Source of the DNA: an uncultured Methanosarcinales archaeon
GTDB lineage: Archaea; Nanobdellota; Nanobdellia; Woesearchaeales; 21-14-0-10-32-9
Assembly (NCBI GenBank): GCA_964501945.1
Contig: CAZCTY010000001.1
Span: 49,187 to 113,186, forward strand
Direction: 5' to 3'
DNA length: 64,000 bases
The notes beneath the pieces are model-generated. The model was given only the letters and a program-made list of their open reading frames with translations, did not search any database and was not told where the DNA came from. Position numbers and translations under genes: made by a program. Of the stretch, positions 1 to 7,718 are shown piece by piece; the stretch's first letter is position 1; every line of letters begins with the position of its first letter.

Positions 1-642
1 TTATCAAAAAAATACTTAAAAGACCCAGAAAGTGTGAAAGTGAGAAACCAAGTCGACCCAAAACTACTAACACAAGTATACTACGATGTTAGACGAGGAG
101 AAAAGTTATCATTACTAATACATTTAATCAAAAAAGAAACATCACAAAAAATAATGATTTTCTGCAACACAAGAGTGAACGCTGACTTAGTACAACAAAA
201 CCTGCAAAAAAACAATATAAAAGCATCAGCACTGCACGGAGGTTTTACACAAGCAAGCAGAACTAAAGTTATAGAAAAATTCAAAGAAGGAAAATCTAAA
301 GTGCTTGTATGCTCAGATGTCGCAGCTAGAGGAATACACGTAGATGATGTAACACACATATATAACTATGATATACCAAAAGATCCAAACGACTACGTGC
401 ACAGAATAGGAAGAACAGCAAGAGCAGGAAGCGAAGGCCTAGTAATAAATGTTTTATCAGATTTCGACCACCAAAACTTTTCAAGAATACTGCAAAATTA
501 CGATTTTGACATAACAAAAGCAGAAAAACCAAAAGATATGAAAAGAATAAAGTTCGATGCGCCAAGAAGAGATAACAGACAAAACAACAACAAACCACGA
601 GGCAATTTTAGAACAAAAAAAAGGTTTCCGAAAAGAAGATAA
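1..642 (+). CDS. DEAD-box RNA helicase, C-terminal (helicase_C) part; 5'-truncated at the window edge
   Basis: The frame is open from base 1, so the GTG at 34 is an internal codon. The translation carries DEAD-box motifs IV-VI (IMIFCNTR, ALHGGFTQASRTKVIEKFKEG, VLVCSDVAARGIHVDDV, YVHRIGRTARAG). An R/K-rich tail follows. Confidence 0.75.
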   Translation, partial: LSKKYLKDPESVKVRNQVDPKLLTQVYYDVRRGEKLSLLIHLIKKETSQKIMIFCNTRVNADLVQQNLQKNNIKASALHGGFTQASRTKVIEKFKEGKSKVLVCSDVAARGIHVDDVTHIYNYDIPKDPNDYVHRIGRTARAGSEGLVINVLSDFDHQNFSRILQNYDFDITKAEKPKDMKRIKFDAPRRDNRQNNNKPRGNFRTKKRFPKRR

Positions 643-677
643 AAAATAAAAAGAAATCACCACTTCTAAATTAAAAA

Positions 678-2174
678 ATGAGTGATGAAACAAGGAATCT
701 AAAAAACAAAATAGAAGAGCTTGAAAGAGAATTAAAACTAAAAAACATGGCGCTAGAGAACTCGCCAAGCCTTGTATTTGTTACAGATGAAGAAAATAAA
801 ATACTTGCAGCATACGGAACAAAAGAAGAACTTTTAGTACCGGAAGACGAAGTAATAAATAAAAAATTCTCACAATTTTTACCAAAACACGCAGCTACAG
901 ATGTTAGTAGAGCGATAGACAGAGCAAAGAGAACAAAAAAAGTCGCAAGAGCAGAATACGAACTAGATGTAAACGGAACATCAAAACACTACAGCATACG
1001 AGTAAATCAAGGAAGCGATGAAGAACACTACGTACACGTTGTAAATGATATAACAGCAAAAAAAATAGCACAAGAAGAATTAAAAAGAAGCGAACAACAA
1101 TTCAAAACATTATTTGAAACAACACCGGTCGGAATAATAGTCCACGATAAAGATACAGGAGATATAATATCAGCGAATCCAGCAGGGATGAAACTCTACG
1201 GATACGAATCAACAGAAGAATTTAAGAAAAAAGATATGTGGCTCGACGGAGAATATTCTTTTGAAGAAGCACTCAAAAAAATCCAAAAAACAACAAGAGA
1301 AGGACCGCAAAGATTTGAATGGAAAAACAGAAAAAAAACAGGCGAAATATTTTGGGAAGATGTATACTTGAATGTAGCAACCATCGATGGAGAGGAGAGA
1401 GTGCTAGCATCATCAATAGAAATTACAGAAAAAAAAGAATTAGAAAATGAACGAAAGAAAAATTATAAAGAACTAAAAGATGCAAACGAGACAAAAGAAA
1501 AAATGTTTTCAATAATAGGACACGACCTAAAAAGCCCATTTAATACAATATTAGGATTCACACAAATACTAAAAGAAGAATACGAAGATTTAACAGAGAA
1601 GGAGAGAAAAGAATTTATAAATATTGCATATGATTCATCAAAAAAAGCATACGGATTATTAGAACAATTACTAGAATGGTCTCTTGCAAGCCAAAGAGAG
1701 CAAAACTATAATCCACAACCACTAGACATAAGAACAATAATAAATGAAGTATACGAATTAAACGCGAGTTACATACAACAAAATGAAATAAGCTTCTCAA
1801 ATAAAATAAGACCAAACACATACATAGAAGCAGATAAAAACATGCTCTCAACAACATTTAGAAATTTGCTCTCAAACGCGATGAAATACACGCCAGAAAA
1901 CGGAAAAATAACAGTGGAAACACAAGAAAATGAAGATATGTACACAGTAAAAATAACAGACACAGGAACAGGAATGAGTGAGGAAATCAAAGATAGACTA
2001 CTACAAACAACAAAAACAAACCCAACAAAAGGACTTAGAGGAGAAATAGGAACAGGTCTTGGATTAGACCTTGCAAAAAGATTCATAAAAAAACACGAAG
2101 GAACCTTAAACCTTGACAGCGAAGAAGGAGCAGGAACAACATTTTATGTAACACTACCAAAAAAACAAAATTAA
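678..2174 (+). CDS. PAS-domain sensor histidine kinase
   Basis: N-terminal coiled coil, then two PAS-like segments (LFETTPVGIIVHDKDTGDIISANPA). The HisKA H-box is FSIIGHDLKSPFNTILGFTQIL. The HATPase_c N/G boxes are LLSNAMKYTPENGKI, ITDTGTGMS and GTGLGLDLAKRF. Confidence 0.85.
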   Translation: MSDETRNLKNKIEELERELKLKNMALENSPSLVFVTDEENKILAAYGTKEELLVPEDEVINKKFSQFLPKHAATDVSRAIDRAKRTKKVARAEYELDVNGTSKHYSIRVNQGSDEEHYVHVVNDITAKKIAQEELKRSEQQFKTLFETTPVGIIVHDKDTGDIISANPAGMKLYGYESTEEFKKKDMWLDGEYSFEEALKKIQKTTREGPQRFEWKNRKKTGEIFWEDVYLNVATIDGEERVLASSIEITEKKELENERKKNYKELKDANETKEKMFSIIGHDLKSPFNTILGFTQILKEEYEDLTEKERKEFINIAYDSSKKAYGLLEQLLEWSLASQREQNYNPQPLDIRTIINEVYELNASYIQQNEISFSNKIRPNTYIEADKNMLSTTFRNLLSNAMKYTPENGKITVETQENEDMYTVKITDTGTGMSEEIKDRLLQTTKTNPTKGLRGEIGTGLGLDLAKRFIKKHEGTLNLDSEEGAGTTFYVTLPKKQN

Positions 2175-2188
2175 AAAAATTAAAAAAA

Positions 2189-2785
2189 TTAATCGTCAGA
2201 AAAATCAGCAACAGAATACTTAAATTCGCCTTCTTTAACAATGCCTTTTTTCTCAGAGTAAAGCTTAGCTAACAAATAAAAAACCAAACCAAGACTTTTC
2301 TTACCTTTGTTATTACAAGGCACAACCAAATCTAAATTATTAGTCTGATTATTAGTATCACAAAGAGCAATAACAGGCAAACCAATCTTCAAAGCATCCT
2401 CAACAGCATTCTTATCAGGCCAAGAATCAGCAACTAAAATAACCTTAGCCTCGATGAAATTTTTCAAAGAAGGATTAGTTAAAACCCCAGGAGGATACCT
2501 GCCAGCAAAATGCTTAGAACCAGTAACCTCAGAGAAAAGCCTCACAGCCTTCCAACCAGTCTCCCTACGACAAACAACCAAGATTTCCTCAGGCTCATAA
2601 TTAGCAAGAAGATTAGCCGCGAGCCTAATACGCTCATCAATCCTTTGAACATTTAAAACACTAAGCCCATCCGGCCTCGTCTTATAAATAAAATTATCCA
2701 TGTATTTAGTCTTAAATTTAGTCCCAATATGAATACCAGACTTTAAGTACTCATCGTTTGGAATTAATAATGCTTCATCACTCAT
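2189..2785 (-). CDS. rps2: 30S ribosomal protein uS2 (archaeal/eukaryotic type)
   Basis: The translation from the internal Met MSDEALLIPNDEYLKSGIHIGTKFKTKYMDNFIYKTRPDGLSVLNVQRIDERIRLAA..LGLVFYLLA matches the archaeal S2 family. A GGAGGAG Shine-Dalgarno (complement of 2791..2797) lies 5 nt upstream of this ATG at 2785. The longer track ORF starting at 2863 is probably an over-extension. Confidence 0.85.
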   Translation of the reverse strand: MSDEALLIPNDEYLKSGIHIGTKFKTKYMDNFIYKTRPDGLSVLNVQRIDERIRLAANLLANYEPEEILVVCRRETGWKAVRLFSEVTGSKHFAGRYPPGVLTNPSLKNFIEAKVILVADSWPDKNAVEDALKIGLPVIALCDTNNQTNNLDLVVPCNNKGKKSLGLVFYLLAKLYSEKKGIVKEGEFKYSVADFSDD

Positions 2786-3041
2786 ATTTTCTCCTCCAAA
2801 ACTAACCTTTAAAAGAAATCCGCGAATATTTTTTACCTCACGCGGCATTCTCGAAACAAACAAGTCTCAAGGTCGGTTTTAATAAGAAGAAATACAAATT
2901 TATTTATAAATCTTTAGCCAAACACAAATTAACAAATACTCAGCAATAAAACAAAAAAACACGAAATAAAACACAATTCACAACTAATTTTTAGAAAAGT
3001 TTAAATATTTACAAGAAGGCATGATTTTTGGGTGGGTATAG

Positions 3042-4808
3042 TTGAATAAAAAACTCTTATTTTTAATAATAACAATATTTGCAATAACACTCTCATCATT
3101 TGCAATGGGAGCAGAACAAGTAATAGTGAACTCAGAAGATTGGCGAGATGTATATTCAGGACTTTTATATGCGAGCTTAGAAAATAAACAAGGACACTTT
3201 CTAACAAGCACACCTCACTCAAGAATAATTCTAGGAGGCATACCTACAGCATCAGAGAGCGTAGAAATTTTCAGCTCCAGAGCAAATCCATTCGTATCAA
3301 ATTACGAAGGCATACTCGTTAGCGAAGGATACCAAAACGTAGAAGAGACACGAATGCGAAACGCGAATCTAGAAATACTAGAATTATTGCCAAATATAAA
3401 CAAATTCATAATAGTAGATGATTCATACGGATACAACGCGGTATCAGTAGCACCTCTCGCGGCGCTAGGAGACTATTATGTGTTATTCTCAAACCAAAAC
3501 AATGTAAATCAAATAGTAAATGCGTTAGGAGATAGAGAAGTAGAAGAACTAATAATATATGGGCATGTTGAGAGAAGTTTGAGAGAGGACTTAGAAGAAT
3601 ACGACCCAGAAATCATTAATACTGGAGATAGATTCGATAATAATATAGAAATAGTGGAAAAATACCAAGAAATATACACAGAAATAAACGGCCACCCAAG
3701 AAGACAAGCAATACTTACAAACGGAGAATTTTTAGAAATAAGCATAATGAATGGAGCGGATCCAGTTTTATTTATAGGATTTGCAAACGTCCCAGATCAC
3801 GTTAGAGAATACATTGCAGGAAGCGACCTCGAGGTAGGAACACTGATAGGAAACGAACTAATAGGAACAGCCACATATATTAGAAGACAAACAGGACTTA
3901 GCGTGTTCGTAAAATTCGGACAAGGAGCAAGAGTCCCTGAAGGAGCAATAGCACAAGTAGAAGATTTAGACAGATTCGCAATACCAAGATATGACTTAAA
4001 CCTGGCAATCGCAGTAGCAGTTGTAAACACAGCATCAGATTCTCTAGAAGTCACGTACAGAAATTTCGCACCAGTAGCCACGTATTTTAGACCAATAAGC
4101 ATAAGAGTAGTGGATGATAATGTATCAACGACAGTAGAAATACCAAGCACGGAACCAGAATTTATAGATGGAAACGACTTTAAAACAATGATATACCCAC
4201 TAGTTGATGGAGATGGTGAGAGAATAGATTTAACAGGAGAAGACAAAAGATTAGATTTGAGCGTTATATACGGAGAGTCACCTAGAGCATTAGAACAAAC
4301 ACTCGAGACATCAGTTTCTCTAACAGAAGTTTCTATAATAGATGGTACAGACATAGAAATAGTGGATGTCGCATTTAATCTAAGAACAAATTCTTTTGAG
4401 ATAGAAGTGAGAAATATAGGAACAACAGATGCATACGCAACTGCAGAAATACATGATTTAATAGTTGATGGAGAAACACTTATTTTCGGAACAGACCAAA
4501 CAATAAGGCTAAGCCCTGGAAGATCAGGAACAATAACAGTAGAGACAACAATGGAAGAGGAAGATGTACAATTTAATGAGAGAATAAGAGTTAAAGTACT
4601 ATATGGAGAGCGAGAAAACTCACTTATTAAAGTTAGAGAAGGAGTCTTCGATTTCAAATACACATCAACAGACATAATTGTATACGTGCTAATAATACTA
4701 ATAATCTTAGTAGTGCTACTGTTTGTATTTAAGAAGAAATGCAAACACTGCAAAGCAAATAACCCTCCATTTAGAAAAAAATGTAGGCGATGCAAGCATA
4801 GATTATAA
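3042..4808 (+). CDS. Exported surface protein with C-terminal TM anchor and cytoplasmic CxxC-x11-CxxC zinc-ribbon-like tail
   Basis: TTG start immediately after an in-frame TAG. Sec-type signal peptide MNKKLLFLIITIFAITLSSFAMGA. A large hydrophilic ectodomain. The C-terminal TM is IIVYVLIILIILVVLLFVF, followed by KKKCKHCKANNPPFRKKCRRCKHRL. Confidence 0.55.
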   Translation: MNKKLLFLIITIFAITLSSFAMGAEQVIVNSEDWRDVYSGLLYASLENKQGHFLTSTPHSRIILGGIPTASESVEIFSSRANPFVSNYEGILVSEGYQNVEETRMRNANLEILELLPNINKFIIVDDSYGYNAVSVAPLAALGDYYVLFSNQNNVNQIVNALGDREVEELIIYGHVERSLREDLEEYDPEIINTGDRFDNNIEIVEKYQEIYTEINGHPRRQAILTNGEFLEISIMNGADPVLFIGFANVPDHVREYIAGSDLEVGTLIGNELIGTATYIRRQTGLSVFVKFGQGARVPEGAIAQVEDLDRFAIPRYDLNLAIAVAVVNTASDSLEVTYRNFAPVATYFRPISIRVVDDNVSTTVEIPSTEPEFIDGNDFKTMIYPLVDGDGERIDLTGEDKRLDLSVIYGESPRALEQTLETSVSLTEVSIIDGTDIEIVDVAFNLRTNSFEIEVRNIGTTDAYATAEIHDLIVDGETLIFGTDQTIRLSPGRSGTITVETTMEEEDVQFNERIRVKVLYGERENSLIKVREGVFDFKYTSTDIIVYVLIILIILVVLLFVFKKKCKHCKANNPPFRKKCRRCKHRL

Positions 4809-4912
4809 CTTTTTTTTATTTTTTTTTAAAATATTTCTAACACAAACATAAGTAAAAAAATAAGTAAATTTATAAGCAAACCTTTTTAAATAATTAAAAA
4901 CAAGTAACTACT

Positions 4913-5077
4913 GTGAACTTCAAAAGAAAGCTATATACAAGAGGAAATTCGTATGAGACAACAATTCCAAAACCACTACTATTTGAATTAAACCTAAACA
5001 AAAAACAAAACGTAATATTCAAATACGATTCTAAAAACAAAAAATGGTACATAGACTTTGAAGAATGCAAAAAATAA
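4913..5077 (+). CDS. Small (54 aa) AbrB/MazE-like swapped-hairpin DNA-binding protein (candidate; below the ORF-track size cutoff)
   Basis: A GTG-start ORF gives VNFKRKLYTRGNSYETTIPKPLLFELNLNKKQNVIFKYDSKNKKWYIDFEECKK. The pattern g-s-x-x-vtIPK..l..l..g..v-f matches AbrB/SpoVT-type domains. It ends 1 nt before the ATG at 5079. Confidence 0.35.
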   Translation: MNFKRKLYTRGNSYETTIPKPLLFELNLNKKQNVIFKYDSKNKKWYIDFEECKK

Positions 5078-5078
5078 A

Positions 5079-5759
5079 ATGGTAAAAACAAAAGTTATAA
5101 TAAGCGCAATAAGCATAATCATAGTATTACTAATAGGTATTATGTCTTTTTTTATACCCTCAAACATATCAGATATGATAACAGGAAAAACAACAGTCAC
5201 AAGAGCATTCATACACGAGTCATTACCAACAAATTGCACAGTAGAACTAAAACAAGGAATAAACATGGTATCATTTCCATGCGAGACAGGTGAGAGGGGG
5301 TTTAAAGAAGCATTATCTGATAAAAACGGAACACAACTAACCTTTAATAGCGTATTCTTTTTTAGAGCAGAAGATAGAGAAACACCATGGCGGAGCTACA
5401 ACCCAAAACTTCCAAACTGGACAACACAACACAAACCAAACTCAATAGATAGAACAAGAGGATATTTTATTTACATGGAAGAGTCAGGAACATATGAGGC
5501 AGAAGGATTACAATTTCCAATCTCAAACATACAACTAAGAGAAGGATGGAACTTAGTAGGATATCCATCAAACACAACACTTAACACAGAAGACGCCATA
5601 GACTCAATAAAAAATGTTTTCGCATCAATACACACATACAAAGAAGGAGAATGGATGCACTATAAAAACAACACAGAAGGGGATCTAACACACATAGAAC
5701 CAGGACGCGCCTACTGGATACGCGTAAAAGAAGATGCGGTATGGAGGATAAATTGGTAA
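5079..5759 (+). CDS. Hypothetical exported/membrane-anchored protein
   Basis: The ATG at 5079 (MVKTKVIISAISIIIVLLIGIMSFFIP) is preferred over the track's TTG at 5058. It has a short basic N-terminus plus a hydrophobic segment and an N-x-S/T-rich ectodomain with W/Y-rich motifs (GWNLVGYP, AYWIRV). Confidence 0.5.
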   Translation: MVKTKVIISAISIIIVLLIGIMSFFIPSNISDMITGKTTVTRAFIHESLPTNCTVELKQGINMVSFPCETGERGFKEALSDKNGTQLTFNSVFFFRAEDRETPWRSYNPKLPNWTTQHKPNSIDRTRGYFIYMEESGTYEAEGLQFPISNIQLREGWNLVGYPSNTTLNTEDAIDSIKNVFASIHTYKEGEWMHYKNNTEGDLTHIEPGRAYWIRVKEDAVWRINW

Positions 5760-7408
5760 AGAAAAACTATGCAAAGACAACAATCTTAATAGCGCTAGCT
5801 CTTCTACTATTCTTACCACTAATACACGCACAACCAAAAGTACCCATGGAAATATACGGCGAGGCAAGACTATTTAATGCGCCAGTACCACAAGGAACAA
5901 CGATTCACGCATTAAACATGGATGGGGAACATTGCGGCAGATTCACAGTAACACATAGAGGATTTTTTGGAACAATGTCTTGCATGAGCGAGAACACAAC
6001 ACAAGAGATGGGTGGTGCGAGTCCGAACGAGATAATAAGATTTAGAATAGGAAACTTCCCCGCATCAACCCTACTAAACGGAACAGCCGAATCGATAGGA
6101 AATTTAAACTGGGAGAGCGGAACATTTGAGGAAGTGATTTTAGTTTCACCGCCACTTGTTTGCGGAGATGGTTTTTGCGACACATTCGAAAACTGCCATA
6201 CATGCCCAGAAGATTGCGGAGAATGCCCAGAAGGTGAAGGAGATGGAACAGGTGTAGATGACATAACCTCAGATCCAACACTAGGATTGCCAGAAGAACC
6301 GCCACTAAGACCAGAGCCTGAAACACAATACCCAGAAGAGGAGTGCATAGAATCTTGGACTTGCTCAGACTGGGGTCCTTGCCAACCAGAAGGAATACAA
6401 ACAAGAACATGCATAGATGAAAATGACTGCGGAACAGAAGATGATAAACCAGAAACAGAGAGAGAATGCGAATACCAAGAACCAGAAAACATAACAATAA
6501 CAGAACCAGAACCCACTCCGCCAAGAGTAGAGACGCCTATAAGCATAGAAAAATGCGAAGCAAGACTCCCTTTTTGGAGCATGGAATCACTCACGTTTTT
6601 TATACTATTTACGATGCTTATACTAGGACCGCTAGCATACCTAACACATAAAAAGAGAAAAATAAAAAAAGAAAAACTCAAAAAAACAGACGAGTTAATA
6701 AAAATATACAAACTAGAAAACAAAATATACACAGCTATAATAATAATCTCGGTACTATCAATAATAGTTTACCTATACCATTACTTTTTCTACCTCTGCC
6801 CAGAGGTATACTACAACAACTTGTGGCTATTATTGGGCTTTATTTTACTCTCGCCCATAATCATAAACGTACTAATACACATACTCAAATACTCAGAGAG
6901 AAAAAAATTAACCATGGTCAAGCTATTAAAAGACACACACTACAACCACCTAAAATATTTACTAACTCTAATAAACAAAGACCTAACAAAATCAGAAGTA
7001 GAAATATCAAATAAAATCTACGCACTAAATAACAAAAACGAATTTTCAGATGTAATATCGAAAACAAAAGAACTAAAAAAAATATACGGCGACTTGTTGA
7101 AAATTTACTCTTTGTACTCAGAGGGAAAAGACTCATTTAAAGTAGAAAAAGATCTAATAGAACAAATAGAAATACTGGATAAAGACGAACAATTTAACAA
7201 AGTCGCAGAAGAATACCCAGAACTAAAAGGACTAAAAGATAACATTTTATTACTATATGAGGCTGAAACATCAAAACAAGAACTACTCAAAAAAATAAAA
7301 GAAACAGAAAAACAAATAGATCAGGAAGGACTAAAAGAAGAGATAAAAGAAAAACCAGACGAGAGAGAAAACACAAAAGATAGCAAAAACAAGGAAGATA
7401 CGGACTAA
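5741..7408 (+). CDS. Membrane protein with Cys-rich extracellular domain, three TM helices and cytoplasmic coiled coil
   Basis: The signal peptide ends in LIHAQP. Cys-rich stretches include CGDGFCDTFENCHTCPEDCGECPEG and ECIESWTCSDWGPCQPEGIQTRTCIDENDCG. There are three hydrophobic helices and a K/E-rich coiled-coil tail. It overlaps the upstream gene by 19 nt. Confidence 0.55.
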   Translation: MEDKLVKKNYAKTTILIALALLLFLPLIHAQPKVPMEIYGEARLFNAPVPQGTTIHALNMDGEHCGRFTVTHRGFFGTMSCMSENTTQEMGGASPNEIIRFRIGNFPASTLLNGTAESIGNLNWESGTFEEVILVSPPLVCGDGFCDTFENCHTCPEDCGECPEGEGDGTGVDDITSDPTLGLPEEPPLRPEPETQYPEEECIESWTCSDWGPCQPEGIQTRTCIDENDCGTEDDKPETERECEYQEPENITITEPEPTPPRVETPISIEKCEARLPFWSMESLTFFILFTMLILGPLAYLTHKKRKIKKEKLKKTDELIKIYKLENKIYTAIIIISVLSIIVYLYHYFFYLCPEVYYNNLWLLLGFILLSPIIINVLIHILKYSERKKLTMVKLLKDTHYNHLKYLLTLINKDLTKSEVEISNKIYALNNKNEFSDVISKTKELKKIYGDLLKIYSLYSEGKDSFKVEKDLIEQIEILDKDEQFNKVAEEYPELKGLKDNILLLYEAETSKQELLKKIKETEKQIDQEGLKEEIKEKPDERENTKDSKNKEDTD

Positions 7409-7462
7409 AAATTCAAATTTCTGAGGATTTAAACCGCCAAAAAACAAATATGAGTAATTAAA

Positions 7463-7484
7463 GTTATTTTGCTAGCAAAATAAC
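7463..7484. promoter_or_regulatory. Perfect 22-bp palindrome GTTATTTTGC-TA-GCAAAATAAC (terminator hairpin or operator)
   Basis: Read directly from the sequence. It lies 55 nt after the stop of 5741..7408 and 73 nt before the RHH start at 7557, and is followed by a T-rich run. Confidence 0.4.
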
Positions 7485-7556
7485 AAAGTATTTTATTAGC
7501 GAAATATTTATATATCTTTATAGTAATTTGGTAACTAGGAAGAAAAAATAGAGAAG

Positions 7557-7718
7557 ATGAAAAAGCAACTAAACATAAGACTTAGCGAAGAAATACGCAC
7601 CCAAGCTAAAATAACTGCTATTCTAAAAGGACTAACATTAAACGAGTACATAGAGAGAGCTATAAAAAAAGAACTCGAAAAAGATCAAAAAATAAACAAT
7701 TCAAAAAACAAAAAATGA
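7557..7718 (+). CDS. Small (53 aa) ribbon-helix-helix (CopG/Arc-like) DNA-binding protein
   Basis: MKKQLNIRLSEEIRTQAKITAILKGLTLNEYIERAIKKELEKD reads as a beta-strand followed by helix-turn-helix. Its TGA stop overlaps the ATG of the next gene (ATGA at 7715..7718). Confidence 0.5.
   Translation: MKKQLNIRLSEEIRTQAKITAILKGLTLNEYIERAIKKELEKDQKINNSKNKK

Noticed and set aside
34-642. GTG at 34 as the start of the helicase gene
   Set aside because: The frame is open from base 1 and the translation continues the helicase domain, so the gene is truncated by the window edge rather than starting here.
5058-5078. TTG start at 5058 for the 5058..5759 ORF
   Set aside because: It would overlap the small upstream ORF ending at 5077 and add 7 residues before a signal-like N-terminus. 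The ATG at 5079 gives a cleaner start, though both remain possible.
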